Shown in pieces: positions 1-8,857 of a DNA stretch of 24,357 bases (position 1 is its first letter; every line of letters begins with the position of its first letter). This DNA comes from a virus. Taxonomy: Duplodnaviria; Caudoviricetes. The stretch lies in the IMG/VR virus record IMGVR_UViG_3300030095_004816, positions 1 through 24,357 of that record; one strand, written 5' to 3'. The notes under the pieces were generated by a model. The model saw only the letters and a program-made list of their open reading frames with translations, made no database searches and had not been told where the DNA came from. The position numbers and the translations under genes are program-made.

Positions 1-613
1 TAAAATAAATGTTAAATGTTTTATCTAAAATAACGTAACTAGATCCACCACTAACTACACCAGTAACTTTAGAGTCGCTACCTAGTTGTGCATTACTATT
101 GTTGTATACACGAAAAGTCATACCAACTGTAGGTAATTTACCTACACTCGTGTCTACATTTATAATAAATTTATTAGTACCTGTAGCGTGGTCAGTAGTG
201 CTAGAATCAAAATCTACATATCTACCAGTTATAGCCCATAAATCTTTAAATACTTCAACAGTAGTGCCTTCAGCATCTTGCATTAGTACACTATCAACCC
301 AAAATGTTTTAGCACTCTTACTAAACTCACTATATGAATAATTAGGGCTAGCAAATAAAAAGTAACCTTTATTGTTTCTTTCGTCAGCTACACTACCTAC
401 TGCTTTAGTTTTTAAACCAGCTACCGTAGTAGTTAAAAAAGAAGAACCTATTTCTACATTGTTCTGTATTCTTTGGACCGAACCAGTTGAAGATCCATCA
501 GTTGTCTTAACTTGTATATTTAAAGCATCTCTATACTCACCAGGCGGGACTAGTCTTTCATCAAGATCTTTATTCATCCTACCAGCGGTGAACGTACGTT
601 TAATCTCTGCCAT
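1..613 (-). CDS. Tail stabilization/nozzle-type structural protein, N-terminal part (runs off the window edge)
   Basis: Not in the ORF track. Manual translation from ATG at 613 gives MAEIKRTFTAGRMNKDLDERLVPPGEYRDALNIQV. The G-x-M-N-K-D-L-D-E-R-L-(V)P..EY.DA.N start is typical of crAss-like tail stabilization proteins, and it follows two tail ring genes. No in-frame stop was found in the stretches checked at either end. Confidence 0.75.
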   Translation of the reverse strand, partial: MAEIKRTFTAGRMNKDLDERLVPPGEYRDALNIQVKTTDGSSTGSVQRIQNNVEIGSSFLTTTVAGLKTKAVGSVADERNNKGYFLFASPNYSYSEFSKSAKTFWVDSVLMQDAEGTTVEVFKDLWAITGRYVDFDSSTTDHATGTNKFIINVDTSVGKLPTVGMTFRVYNNSNAQLGSDSKVTGVVSGGSSYVILDKTFNIYF

Positions 614-619
614 GTTTTA

Positions 620-1516
620 TTATTTTATAGGTTTACTTAATCCTCTTAGTACTTGAGTAAACTCTTCTATCTTTATATTAGATAGTCTAATCTTAGCTTT
701 TCTAGCTTCAGCAAACCTTTCTTTTTTAAATCTTTGTACAATGTATTCTGGCATATTAGATCTTGAAGCTACTACTCCGTAAGCTATCCATTTATATATA
801 GCTTCTTCTGCGAACTTATGTACGACCATTTCAGAGTCAGTACCTAGTCCATCACTAATATAGTGTAGCACAACTGTCTTACCAGATAAGCTAGAGCCAA
901 AATGAATATGACCAGTTCTCTCATCAATGTAGAAAGTACCATTTTGTTGCGCATGCTGAGGATCTAATCCATATCTTCTACCAAAAGCATCTAATACATC
1001 ATCATCAGTCTCGTAATCGTTATTTGTATTTATATCGTAATCGTTATTCTTAGATTTAAAACTAGTCCATGTATCTGAGTTTTTATCTGTATGATCTTGC
1101 TCTGTTAGATTTCCATCGGTAAACTGATAAGCTCCGTTAGCATCTTGTGATATAGCAAAAGGATTAGATGTCTTACCTGTAGGATATAAAACTCTTTCAA
1201 TACCATCACTACCACTAATAGTAATCTTAGTATAGTTAACGTAATCTTGAGGTAATATCATTTTAAGTGTATTAGGTACTTCTATCTCTTGAGCTTTAAC
1301 AGATTTAAATATATCGTAGCTAAACTCTTGAATACCTCTCATTGCATGGAACTGAACATCAGTTCTATTAACCTTACTTATTATCTTGCTTTCACCTACG
1401 TAAACAACCATGAAAGCGTTTATTATAGAATCTAAAGTAACGAACTGGTAATCTCCGTAGTTGGCAGAGTTACCAGATCCGTAATATGTTTGTTGAGTTT
1501 GCGATAATAGTCCCAT
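620..1516 (-). CDS. Tail ring/tubular structural protein (298 aa)
   Basis: Long ORF with an LPQDYVNY motif and a 'V.LHYISDGL' motif, as recalled for head-tail ring proteins; lies between a ring-type gene and the stabilization gene. Confidence 0.65.
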   Translation of the reverse strand: MGLLSQTQQTYYGSGNSANYGDYQFVTLDSIINAFMVVYVGESKIISKVNRTDVQFHAMRGIQEFSYDIFKSVKAQEIEVPNTLKMILPQDYVNYTKITISGSDGIERVLYPTGKTSNPFAISQDANGAYQFTDGNLTEQDHTDKNSDTWTSFKSKNNDYDINTNNDYETDDDVLDAFGRRYGLDPQHAQQNGTFYIDERTGHIHFGSSLSGKTVVLHYISDGLGTDSEMVVHKFAEEAIYKWIAYGVVASRSNMPEYIVQRFKKERFAEARKAKIRLSNIKIEEFTQVLRGLSKPIK

Positions 1517-1518
1517 AA

Positions 1519-2640
1519 TTAATTATTATTTTCAGCTTTAGTGTTAGCTTTATCTCTCATAGCTATTTGATTTAACTGAGGGTCTTGAAGAGTTATAGCT
1601 GATAACTCTAGTATTCTCATTACTAAATTATTCTCTTCAGATTCGTGTAAGTCAAAATCAACTGCAGTGTTAGCATTATACAGAGCTTGTCTTTGAACAA
1701 CTACATATCCCCAATTAGGATTTGTAGGTTTTTTAAAGTATTCTATATTTATATTAGAAGAACTATTACCTCCAATACCATCTCTAACTATAACTCTACT
1801 AAAAGTACTAGCTAGTAAGTTTGTTCCAAGATCATCTGCAGCACCCTCTTCATCGTAGTTAGGTGGTCTAAATTCATAATCTATAGTAACTACAGCACCA
1901 TCGCTAGTAGCTTTAAATCCTTGAGCGTTATTTATTTCAGTAGCAGTAAAACCAGCTACTTGTGTAGCGGTTTTAGTCCCTCCCACTAAAATAAAAAATC
2001 TTGGATTAGACTCATTTGAAGTCGGGAATGAGCCATCTATTACGCTTACGTCAGTGCTGTATATAAATCTAATAACACCTGTGCCGTCACCGGCTCCTGA
2101 ATCATTTGTATTTAAAACAATGAAATCACCGTCATCTAAATCAGTTGAATTAGGTACAGTTAATTTTATCTGTCTAAATGGAACTAGTGTTGGATATAGC
2201 TTTATTTTGTTAGGAGCAGTTCTAACGTACACTGGTCTAGCAGATGTAGGTTTAGTCAAAGGATTTCTTTCCATTAATCTAACATTTCTATTATCTACTC
2301 TATCAGCTTCTATTTCATCGACCGTAACACAAGCTAAAGCGTAAGCATCTGAGCTTATAGAATACTCACCTGTAGAAGTAGAGTAGTTAGCAGGATCATC
2401 AACTCTGTGAATTGACATCCTTTCATTTAACATTTCTATTTCATCAGAGACTTCAGTTTGGTTCTTAGCTTTTAACTGAGCTGTTTTTAAATCATGGAAG
2501 TAGTTTTCAAATATTTCTAATTGAGCTTGGCTAGCGTATAAGTTAAACTCTTGAGGTGTTATATAGCCTCTTTGCTCTTTATTAGCAAGAGCTAAGACTT
2601 TTTGATATACGCTGTCTACACTTATTTTATTATTAGCCAT
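1519..2640 (-). CDS. Tail ring/adaptor structural protein with a probable inserted domain (373 aa)
   Basis: N-terminal VYQKVLALANKEQRGYITPQEFN and C-terminal YFKKPTNPNWGY...DFDLHESEE resemble crAss-like ring proteins; central ~145 aa is Gly/Thr/Asp-rich and beta-like. Confidence 0.65.
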   Translation of the reverse strand: MANNKISVDSVYQKVLALANKEQRGYITPQEFNLYASQAQLEIFENYFHDLKTAQLKAKNQTEVSDEIEMLNERMSIHRVDDPANYSTSTGEYSISSDAYALACVTVDEIEADRVDNRNVRLMERNPLTKPTSARPVYVRTAPNKIKLYPTLVPFRQIKLTVPNSTDLDDGDFIVLNTNDSGAGDGTGVIRFIYSTDVSVIDGSFPTSNESNPRFFILVGGTKTATQVAGFTATEINNAQGFKATSDGAVVTIDYEFRPPNYDEEGAADDLGTNLLASTFSRVIVRDGIGGNSSSNINIEYFKKPTNPNWGYVVVQRQALYNANTAVDFDLHESEENNLVMRILELSAITLQDPQLNQIAMRDKANTKAENNN

Positions 2641-2660
2641 AATCTGTTATTTACATTAAT

Positions 2661-2688
2661 ATAGTTACATAGTAAAGCGGTATGTTAC
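2661..2688 (-). promoter_or_regulatory. Putative late promoter, copy 1 (GTAA-N15-TGTAACTAT)
   Basis: Same bipartite motif and exact 15-nt spacer as at 6966-6993 and 21989-22016; just downstream of a terminator and 20 nt before the ATG at 2640. Confidence 0.55.
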
Positions 2689-2693
2689 TATAT

Positions 2694-2717
2694 AAAAATA
2701 CCCACTTATAGCGGGTA
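2694..2717 (-). terminator. Rho-independent terminator
   Basis: Minus strand TACCCGC-TATAA-GTGGGTA followed by TTTTT, downstream of the 111-aa ORF. Confidence 0.7.
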
Positions 2718-2762
2718 GTTATTACTAACCCTTAAACCATCGGGTTTGAATATTATACGAGT

Positions 2763-3098
2763 TCACTTGTTATCGTAGTCGTCTTTTTCATGTTTAGTCA
2801 TTAGATGAAAATCCTCATAGATTTTTTGTTTAAGCTCATCTATTTGCTTGTTAATTTGTTCTATATCTTTTTCTATATCGTCAAAGTGCTTTAGTATCAA
2901 CTTATTGTTCATCTCAACTTCTAATCTAGTAATCTCTACATCTTCTACTTCAGGCAATCGTTTAGCTTCTTCTATATCTCCTTGCAAAACAATATACTCT
3001 CCTACAAGAAGAATTAGTCCTGCTCCTACCGCAAAAAAAGTTTTTACACTAATAACAAATGTTTGGTCTTGTATTTCTTTGTTTTTGTTTATCGCCAT
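2763..3098 (-). CDS. Membrane-anchored coiled-coil protein (possible lysis accessory/spanin-like)
   Basis: Hydrophobic segment FFAVGAGLILLVGEYIVL followed by a heptad-rich C-terminus. Confidence 0.6.
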   Translation of the reverse strand: MAINKNKEIQDQTFVISVKTFFAVGAGLILLVGEYIVLQGDIEEAKRLPEVEDVEITRLEVEMNNKLILKHFDDIEKDIEQINKQIDELKQKIYEDFHLMTKHEKDDYDNK

Positions 3099-3247
3099 TT
3101 TTTAACTTCTTTAACTATTTTTATAATAGTAAAGATTAATGCTGCAGCCATAGATAACACCTGTAAACCTTCATGTACATCAGTAAGTGAAAGCGACATT
3201 GCTCCAACGTTAGCTATTATTATTTCAGTAGTATCCTTGTCTAACAT
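3089..3247 (-). CDS. Small membrane protein, holin-like (52 aa)
   Basis: Not in the ORF track. Manual translation: MLDKDTTEIIIANVGAMSLSLTDVHEGLQVLSMAAALIFTIIKIVKEVKKWR. Hydrophobic helix plus basic tail; overlaps both neighbours and fills the gap. Confidence 0.65.
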   Translation of the reverse strand: MLDKDTTEIIIANVGAMSLSLTDVHEGLQVLSMAAALIFTIIKIVKEVKKWR

Positions 3248-3600
3248 TTCCACCTTCTTCTTGCAGCTTTACCTCTTTCACTTTTCCAACTTTTTGATCT
3301 TGCACAAAAAGATTTTCTTCTTCCAGCTTCTTTACTACCTGGTTTAACTTTACCTGTAACTGGGGCAGATAAAGTACTACCTGGGTTTTCTTTTTTATAC
3401 GCAGCTCTACCTGCCGCTGTCATACCAGCACCTTCTTTAGCATGTAAGAAATGTCTACCTTTACCTCTAGTAGTTTTTCTTAGCTTTTTAAAAGGGTTAG
3501 TTTTAGTCCTATCATCAGGTAAATTATTACCTTGCATGAAGTTCCTTCTTCTACCACAGCTAGTGACTTTGTATGGATTATTATTTTGTTTATATGCCAT
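3241..3600 (-). CDS. Small highly basic phage protein (119 aa)
   Basis: K/R-rich; GMTAAGRAAYKKENPGS.L..PV...RRKSFCARS...ARRRWKC pattern recalled from marine phage proteins; its start overlaps the upstream stop. Confidence 0.8.
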   Translation of the reverse strand: MAYKQNNNPYKVTSCGRRRNFMQGNNLPDDRTKTNPFKKLRKTTRGKGRHFLHAKEGAGMTAAGRAAYKKENPGSTLSAPVTGKVKPGSKEAGRRKSFCARSKSWKSERGKAARRRWKC

Positions 3601-3962
3601 TATTTCTCACCACATTTTTTCTTAGGATTACCTACTTGTACCCAGTTCTCTTTTTTAAACCAGTCTCTTAGAGTAGCACCAGGTTTTCTAGCTCCTTTAA
3701 CATTAGACTTACTAGATCTTTTATATCCTCCACCTTTAGCTGCTTTACGTTTAGCGCTAATAACTCTAGATCTTTCACTAGCACTCATGCTACGTACTTT
3801 AGAAGCAGGTAAACAAACTTTTTTCGTACCACCACCTTTGACTTTCTTAGCGGGTGAGTTCTTTTTACAGCTACCTTTTTCAGAAGCCTTCATGCCTGGT
3901 ACAGCAGAGTAACCTGGCCAACATCTTTTCTGTATAGGATTACTTTTTTGAACGTAACTCAT
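3600..3962 (-). CDS. Small highly basic phage protein (120 aa)
   Basis: K/R-rich, with CWPGY...GSC, KVCLPASK and LRDWFKKENWV modules. Confidence 0.8.
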   Translation of the reverse strand: MSYVQKSNPIQKRCWPGYSAVPGMKASEKGSCKKNSPAKKVKGGGTKKVCLPASKVRSMSASERSRVISAKRKAAKGGGYKRSSKSNVKGARKPGATLRDWFKKENWVQVGNPKKKCGEK

Positions 3963-4128
3963 TTTGTTTTTTTAGTTGTTGTTTAGCTTGCTTTGCTAAT
4001 CTATCAGCTTGTTTAGTATGTGTGTTACTAGCTTTTCTAAGCTCTTTGACTATGTTATTTATTTTATTACTTCTAAGTTTAAAGGGCGTACTACTTTTTT
4101 TTACCAACGCCCCAGTTAGCAGCGCCAC
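3940..4128 (-). CDS. Small basic helical protein (start uncertain: GTG at 4128 or TTG at 4107)
   Basis: Fills the gap between two basic genes; amphipathic helix INNIVKELRKASNTHTKQADRL. Confidence 0.55.
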   Translation of the reverse strand: MALLTGALVKKSSTPFKLRSNKINNIVKELRKASNTHTKQADRLAKQAKQQLKKQNELRSKK

Positions 4129-4258
4129 GTTTTCTACATTGAACTAATTGACCAGAAGCATAAGCTGAAGGCCATACTTTAACTCTTGATTTTACTTTAT
4201 TGTAGCAAGCGTCTTTCTTGCCTTTCTTCTTTAGAGGTGATGTTATTTTAAAAGCCAT
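4091..4258 (-). CDS. Small basic phage protein (55 aa)
   Basis: Not in the ORF track. Manual translation: MAFKITSPLKKKGKKDACYNKVKSRVKVWPSAYASGQLVQCRKRGAANWGVGKKK. The KDACY.KVK...KVWPSAYASG...CR motif is recalled from marine viruses. Confidence 0.8.
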   Translation of the reverse strand: MAFKITSPLKKKGKKDACYNKVKSRVKVWPSAYASGQLVQCRKRGAANWGVGKKK

Positions 4259-4261
4259 AGT

Positions 4262-4474
4262 TTATTTTTTAGCAAACTTTTCTACGCCAGATATACCGAA
4301 ACAACCAAGTACAACCCAAACAAATGAGTTGTAAACGTAGTCGTTTATTATTAAGTGATTACCTATCCAGCCTGTTACAAGGTCAGCTATCATTATAAGA
4401 CACATTACTGCGAAAGCAATAAACCCTACAATAGCTTTTTCGTTCCAAGAGTTATCGTTTTTAAATATTTCCAC
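4262..4474 (-). CDS. Small two-TM membrane protein (holin-like)
   Basis: Two hydrophobic segments, AIVGFIAFAVMCLIMIA and FVWVVLGCFGISGV, with a basic C-terminus. Confidence 0.7.
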   Translation of the reverse strand: MEIFKNDNSWNEKAIVGFIAFAVMCLIMIADLVTGWIGNHLIINDYVYNSFVWVVLGCFGISGVEKFAKK

Positions 4475-4476
4475 AA

Positions 4477-4833
4477 TTATATCACATCTGTTGCGTTATC
4501 GATAATAAACTGACTAGCCTCTGTGTTTGTCATTAAAGTGTTGTTAGGGTAAGCTAACCCTTCACCTAACTTTATCAAAGCACTTGTTTCACCTTCTTTC
4601 CAACTTACTTCTAGTTCTACAATATAATATTCAGAACTATCTATTGTAACCACAGGAACTGCACCAAACTTTTGTAAATTATATGCACCTAGTTCTTTAA
4701 AAGTAGGATGTAGTGTTTCTACAAACTCACCTTCTTCATCGTAAGATGGTATTCCATATGTTGCAACTAATTCGGTAGGAATCTTTGCGTTGTAAGTTGT
4801 TGTGTTAAGACACGTATATACATTTCCTCTCAT
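4477..4833 (-). CDS. Hypothetical protein, probable partner of the LamG protein (118 aa)
   Basis: Tightly packed in the operon directly after the LamG gene; acidic. Confidence 0.7.
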   Translation of the reverse strand: MRGNVYTCLNTTTYNAKIPTELVATYGIPSYDEEGEFVETLHPTFKELGAYNLQKFGAVPVVTIDSSEYYIVELEVSWKEGETSALIKLGEGLAYPNNTLMTNTEASQFIIDNATDVI

Positions 4834-4838
4834 AGTAA

Positions 4839-6584
4839 TTAATTTGTATGTGCAGATGTTCCTGCGTTATAGTTTTGTAATATTTCGTCTGCAGTTAATG
4901 CTCTGTCATATATCTTAACATCATCTATTCTTTCAGAGTAAGCGTAGGAATTGTTGTTATTATATCTACCTATTTCTAAAACATTTGTTTTATTAGATAT
5001 TGCTACTGTTAATGAAGCAGTTGTAGATTCTACTCCATTAATAAAAGTCTTTATATTAGATTTATCATAAGTACCTGCAACATTTATCCAACCTGATTGT
5101 GCTATAGTACCACTTTCTAAAAAATCGCTATCTCCAATTTGAAACTTAATTTTTGTACTTTGTTTCAAGAACAGATAATCTTTTTTACTTGAGTTAAATT
5201 TTCCAACTAAGCCTTTATTTCCTTCTGTGTTAGATTTTATCCAACATTGAATTGTTATTGCATCTGTAGGATTAATAGAATCATCATCAGCCACCTCACC
5301 ATAACCTGTACCTGTTAAATTAAGTGAGTTCAATCTATCTCGAACTGCGTTACCTAAAATATCTTGGGCAGAGTTTGTTGGACTAGGTGGTAAAAACACA
5401 TTTGAACCATTTGACCAATTTATCATTCCTAATTGTAAAATACTAGATTGAGAATCTACATAAGTTGCTCCATTGATAGTACCTGCTGAAATTTCTTTTA
5501 CGCTGATATTATCTATTGAACCTACGAAAGTAGGACTAGCTCTTATCCAAAATTCATTACTACCCGCAGTTATATATTCAGTAAATACGTCAACAGTTGT
5601 TCTTGGAGTGAAAGTTTCAACATTACCCACAAAAATTCTAACCTCTCCAGCAGAAATAGCCTTAATTTCAAAAGTTGCTTTGTAAGTTTTACCTGATACA
5701 ATTGCTCCTGATTGGTTTAAGTATGAATTACCTGATTGTGAGCCATCAGAGGATGCAACATTACCTGATATACTCCAACCTGTACCTTTTGACCAATCAC
5801 TATCAGTATCAAAGTCTCCATTAACAATTAACTCACTACCTGGTGCAGTTGCATTATCAAAAGCAAAAGAACCGCTACCCTCAGTCAACGCCCACCAACC
5901 CTTTAGATTAGATACAGATACACTTGACACAAGTTGATTAGGATTAGCGTAGTCGTTAGCTACATCTGTAGCACTCCAAGCAGAGTTCCAAATTTGAAAG
6001 TCAGAAAGTTGTCCATCAATTGCAGCGAGAGCTTCTGATGGACTAGCGTTATGTCTTGCACCGATTTTTACTGCTGTAGCACTACCTACGCTAAGGGGAG
6101 TAATAGTTTTTTCAGCACCTAATTGAGCACCATTTACATAACATTTTGCACTTGTACCATTTAATACGATAACACACCTATTCCAAGCATTTGTGCTGAT
6201 TGCTCCAAAACCATAATAAGTTTCAGAGGAATCATACACAGATAATTGATTGCTGTTAAATGTTATAATAAATCTGTTTGTATCAAAGTCAAGTATATGC
6301 CTATCACTTGAAATATCATCTGTATTTATCCAAAACGCAAAAGTAGCAGTTGTACCAATCATTGTAAATCCATCAATATCTACATAATCATTCGAGCCAT
6401 CAAAATCAAGGCAATTACCTGTAAATAATTTAGCGTTGTTGTTGTTGGTAGTTTCGTCTAAAGAGAATTGACCATTAGCATTCAATATACTAGAACTAAA
6501 TGGTAAGAACATCTGTAGACCTCTTTCAACTATAGCACTAATAAGAGACGCTGCAGCACTTATATATAAGCCTAAGCCTAGCAT
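4839..6584 (-). CDS. Concanavalin A/LamG-like lectin-domain virion protein (fibre or adhesin)
   Basis: Two LamG-type domains (CLDFDGSNDYV...TFAFWI...YVNG...DFQIWN; ITIQCWIK...FING...IDDVKIYDRALTADEI) flank a CBM-like module (ELIVNGDF...WS.G.GWSI...IDNISVKE). Confidence 0.85.
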   Translation of the reverse strand: MLGLGLYISAAASLISAIVERGLQMFLPFSSSILNANGQFSLDETTNNNNAKLFTGNCLDFDGSNDYVDIDGFTMIGTTATFAFWINTDDISSDRHILDFDTNRFIITFNSNQLSVYDSSETYYGFGAISTNAWNRCVIVLNGTSAKCYVNGAQLGAEKTITPLSVGSATAVKIGARHNASPSEALAAIDGQLSDFQIWNSAWSATDVANDYANPNQLVSSVSVSNLKGWWALTEGSGSFAFDNATAPGSELIVNGDFDTDSDWSKGTGWSISGNVASSDGSQSGNSYLNQSGAIVSGKTYKATFEIKAISAGEVRIFVGNVETFTPRTTVDVFTEYITAGSNEFWIRASPTFVGSIDNISVKEISAGTINGATYVDSQSSILQLGMINWSNGSNVFLPPSPTNSAQDILGNAVRDRLNSLNLTGTGYGEVADDDSINPTDAITIQCWIKSNTEGNKGLVGKFNSSKKDYLFLKQSTKIKFQIGDSDFLESGTIAQSGWINVAGTYDKSNIKTFINGVESTTASLTVAISNKTNVLEIGRYNNNNSYAYSERIDDVKIYDRALTADEILQNYNAGTSAHTN

Positions 6585-6925
6585 TATTCTCCGAAATAAC
6601 AGATTATACCTCCAGTCGTAGACGCTCCAGAAAGAGTTACACTAGTCCATCTTCCATATATAGTAAGTCCTCTAGGGAATACTGTGCCAGAATCAGTCTG
6701 CGCAGCGTTACCTCCATTTCCAGTTACAGCGGTTGTATGACTAAAGAAAGCAGCATCGTTACCTTGAGCTGTGTCAGCAACTAAACCAGATAAAGTTGTA
6801 TTTTCTAGAAATTGTATAGCAACTATAGCTTTACCTGTTGGTGGTGTAAATGCCCCTGTCTCATCTGTAAAACCGCTACCTAATTGACCAAAGCCATAAG
6901 ATACTTCTGTTGAATTCATTCCCAT
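6584..6925 (-). CDS. Small virion structural protein (113 aa)
   Basis: G/T/A-rich beta-type sequence (FPRGLTIYGRWTSV); first gene after late promoter copy 2. Confidence 0.7.
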   Translation of the reverse strand: MGMNSTEVSYGFGQLGSGFTDETGAFTPPTGKAIVAIQFLENTTLSGLVADTAQGNDAAFFSHTTAVTGNGGNAAQTDSGTVFPRGLTIYGRWTSVTLSGASTTGGIICYFGE

Positions 6926-6965
6926 AATATATTTGTTTAAAAATTGTTTCTTATTCTATACCTAG

Positions 6966-6993
6966 AATATTACACATTAGAGTGTTTTATTAC
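6966..6993 (-). promoter_or_regulatory. Putative late promoter, copy 2 (GTAA-N15-TGTAATATT)
   Basis: Matches the motif at 2661 and 21989; immediately downstream of a terminator and 40 nt upstream of the ATG at 6925. Confidence 0.55.
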
Positions 6994-6996
6994 CTT

Positions 6997-7030
6997 AAAA
7001 AAAAAATAGCCACCCGCAAGGATGGCTATT
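6997..7030 (-). terminator. Rho-independent terminator
   Basis: Minus strand AATAGCCATCC-TTGC-GGGTGGCTATT followed by a T tract. Confidence 0.9.
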
Positions 7031-7051
7031 AATATTAAGTGTTACTCTCTA

Positions 7052-7465
7052 TTAAGAATTGTTATTAGTAAGAACTGCAGCACTTGCTAAATCAGCAATC
7101 AACTTAGTTCCATTAACTCCATCGTAAAGATTTATCCAACCAGCCTCAGTTTTTCTAGAGCTGTTTATTTTTTGAACAAGTTCTTGCATATGAGCTTTAG
7201 CGTTATTGGATGTTGTCATTGTAACGTTAATTACATCAACGTTATCCCCAAGAACAGCAGCTGCACCACCTGCACCTTTACTGATCTTTAAAGGATCAAG
7301 CGCAATATGGTAAACTGTTTCTGAAGCTGATATAACTCCTGTTACTGCCATTGAACCCATACCTATTGATCTAATAGAACTTACTGGATAAACAACAGAT
7401 CCTCCCTCGTCATCGTTGTCGGCTTTTGTAGTCGTAGTACAGACGTGTAAAAATTTAGTTATCAT
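7052..7465 (-). CDS. Small virion protein, paralog B (putative capsid decoration)
   Basis: Aligns by eye with the neighbouring 135-aa ORF along its length; downstream of the capsid genes. Confidence 0.7.
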   Translation of the reverse strand: MITKFLHVCTTTTKADNDDEGGSVVYPVSSIRSIGMGSMAVTGVISASETVYHIALDPLKISKGAGGAAAVLGDNVDVINVTMTTSNNAKAHMQELVQKINSSRKTEAGWINLYDGVNGTKLIADLASAAVLTNNNS

Positions 7466-7491
7466 TTTTTATAATTTTAGTAAGTTAATAA

Positions 7492-7899
7492 TTAGTCGTT
7501 AGATGCTCTAGCAGTAGTTACACCTTCAATGTCAGAGTGCACGCTTATACCAGCTACACTATCATAAATGGTAATAAATCCATCTGAATTTGGGTGTGAA
7601 TTAGCTGCTTCAACAATTGCTTGCATAACCGGTTGAGGCTCATTGTCAGTTGTAATAGCTATAATTACAGCATCAACATCATTGTCTCCAGCATCAATAT
7701 CACCGTCTCCAGCACCAATTCCAGCTGGTTCAAAAAATAAAGTAAAAGCATCTTCATCTTCTGTTATTGCACCAGTTATAGCACCAGTACCCATGCTCAT
7801 ACCTTTAAGTTTACTTAGAGGCATAAGTAAAGAACCAGCAGTACCGTCATCATCGGCAGCTAAATTCGCTACGCCTCTAAAATACAAATATGTTTCCAT
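7492..7899 (-). CDS. Small virion protein, paralog A (putative capsid decoration)
   Basis: Shares DD..GS...P.S......MG..A.TG.I, D..VD, MQ..V...NS and G.I..YD.V.G with 7052-7465. Confidence 0.7.
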   Translation of the reverse strand: METYLYFRGVANLAADDDGTAGSLLMPLSKLKGMSMGTGAITGAITEDEDAFTLFFEPAGIGAGDGDIDAGDNDVDAVIIAITTDNEPQPVMQAIVEAANSHPNSDGFITIYDSVAGISVHSDIEGVTTARASND

Positions 7900-7940
7900 A
7901 ATTTTAAATGTTTAATAATTAATAAATAATTGTTTGTGAA

Positions 7941-7968
7941 TTAAGGTTTAAAGTTTAAGGATTAAGGT
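7941..7968. repeat. Four tandem imperfect 7-mers (TTAAGGT TTAAAGT TTAAGGA TTAAGGT)
   Basis: Directly visible in the intergenic leader of the 135-aa gene; flanked on both sides by TTGTG. Confidence 0.7.
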
Positions 7969-7997
7969 TTGTGCTTATTTAGTATTATAAGAAACGG

Positions 7998-8837
7998 TTA
8001 TGATAACCGCTTCTCTATATTAGTATATACTTCCATACCTTCATCAGTTTTAAACCACTGTGCAAGTGCGGAATACGGGTGTTCGTCAAACGGAACTGTC
8101 ATAAGTTTTCTATCGTTAGATCCCCACATAAAGTGTCTTTGATCTGATGATAACTTTATAATGTTTAGTTCAGTTGCTTTAATTCCAAAGTTCCTTAGTT
8201 GTACATTGTCGTCATTAACTAACTCTAAGAACAATTCAGGGTTATTCTTTGCATATAGTAGTAAATCTCTTTTAAGCTCCTTAGAACTCATGGTAGATAC
8301 ACTAGAACCAATTTCAGCTCTCATTACAGCTTCAGCCATATCAATATCTAAATCTCTAGCGATCATTAGAGCTTCTATTTCCATCTCAAGAATATCTACT
8401 TCATTTCTAGCTATCTCTTGAGGTTTAAATTCGTAATATAATTTATTTCTATGAGGGTGGTACAAAGATAGTAACTTTTGTAATACTGTTTTTTCTTTAG
8501 GTACATATAAAGATCCAGCTCTAAATATAATATGATTTAATCTCTGGTCACCAGCCATTTCATCTACAAAAGGTGTTCTTTGATTTTCACAATACTTAAG
8601 CTCTCTTTCATAACCTTTAGCTTCGTCAAACCAGTAAACTCCTGCAGACTTAATCATTCTAGATAGTGGTTTGTGATCGCCTTGTAAATAGTAAATTCTA
8701 TCTTTTATTTCCCAAGAAGGTTTAGCTTCTTTTTTAACTATTGGTTTTGGTGGTGCCACAACAGTCTCAACAACAGTTTCAACAGTTTGTTCCACTACTT
8801 CTTTAGCCACTTTAGTAGCCGTTTTTTTCTTTGCCAT
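7998..8837 (-). CDS. Hypothetical protein following the major capsid gene (279 aa)
   Basis: Long ORF with a low-complexity K/V/E N-terminus and a globular remainder. Confidence 0.8.
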   Translation of the reverse strand: MAKKKTATKVAKEVVEQTVETVVETVVAPPKPIVKKEAKPSWEIKDRIYYLQGDHKPLSRMIKSAGVYWFDEAKGYERELKYCENQRTPFVDEMAGDQRLNHIIFRAGSLYVPKEKTVLQKLLSLYHPHRNKLYYEFKPQEIARNEVDILEMEIEALMIARDLDIDMAEAVMRAEIGSSVSTMSSKELKRDLLLYAKNNPELFLELVNDDNVQLRNFGIKATELNIIKLSSDQRHFMWGSNDRKLMTVPFDEHPYSALAQWFKTDEGMEVYTNIEKRLS

Positions 8838-8857
8838 AATATAATATAATAAAAATT

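Noticed and set aside
4091-4258. Possible frameshift fusing the 55-aa and 62-aa basic ORFs
   Set aside because: Careful reading shows the 55-aa ORF is intact and ends at TAG 4091-4093; the overlap is explained by a separate GTG or TTG start.
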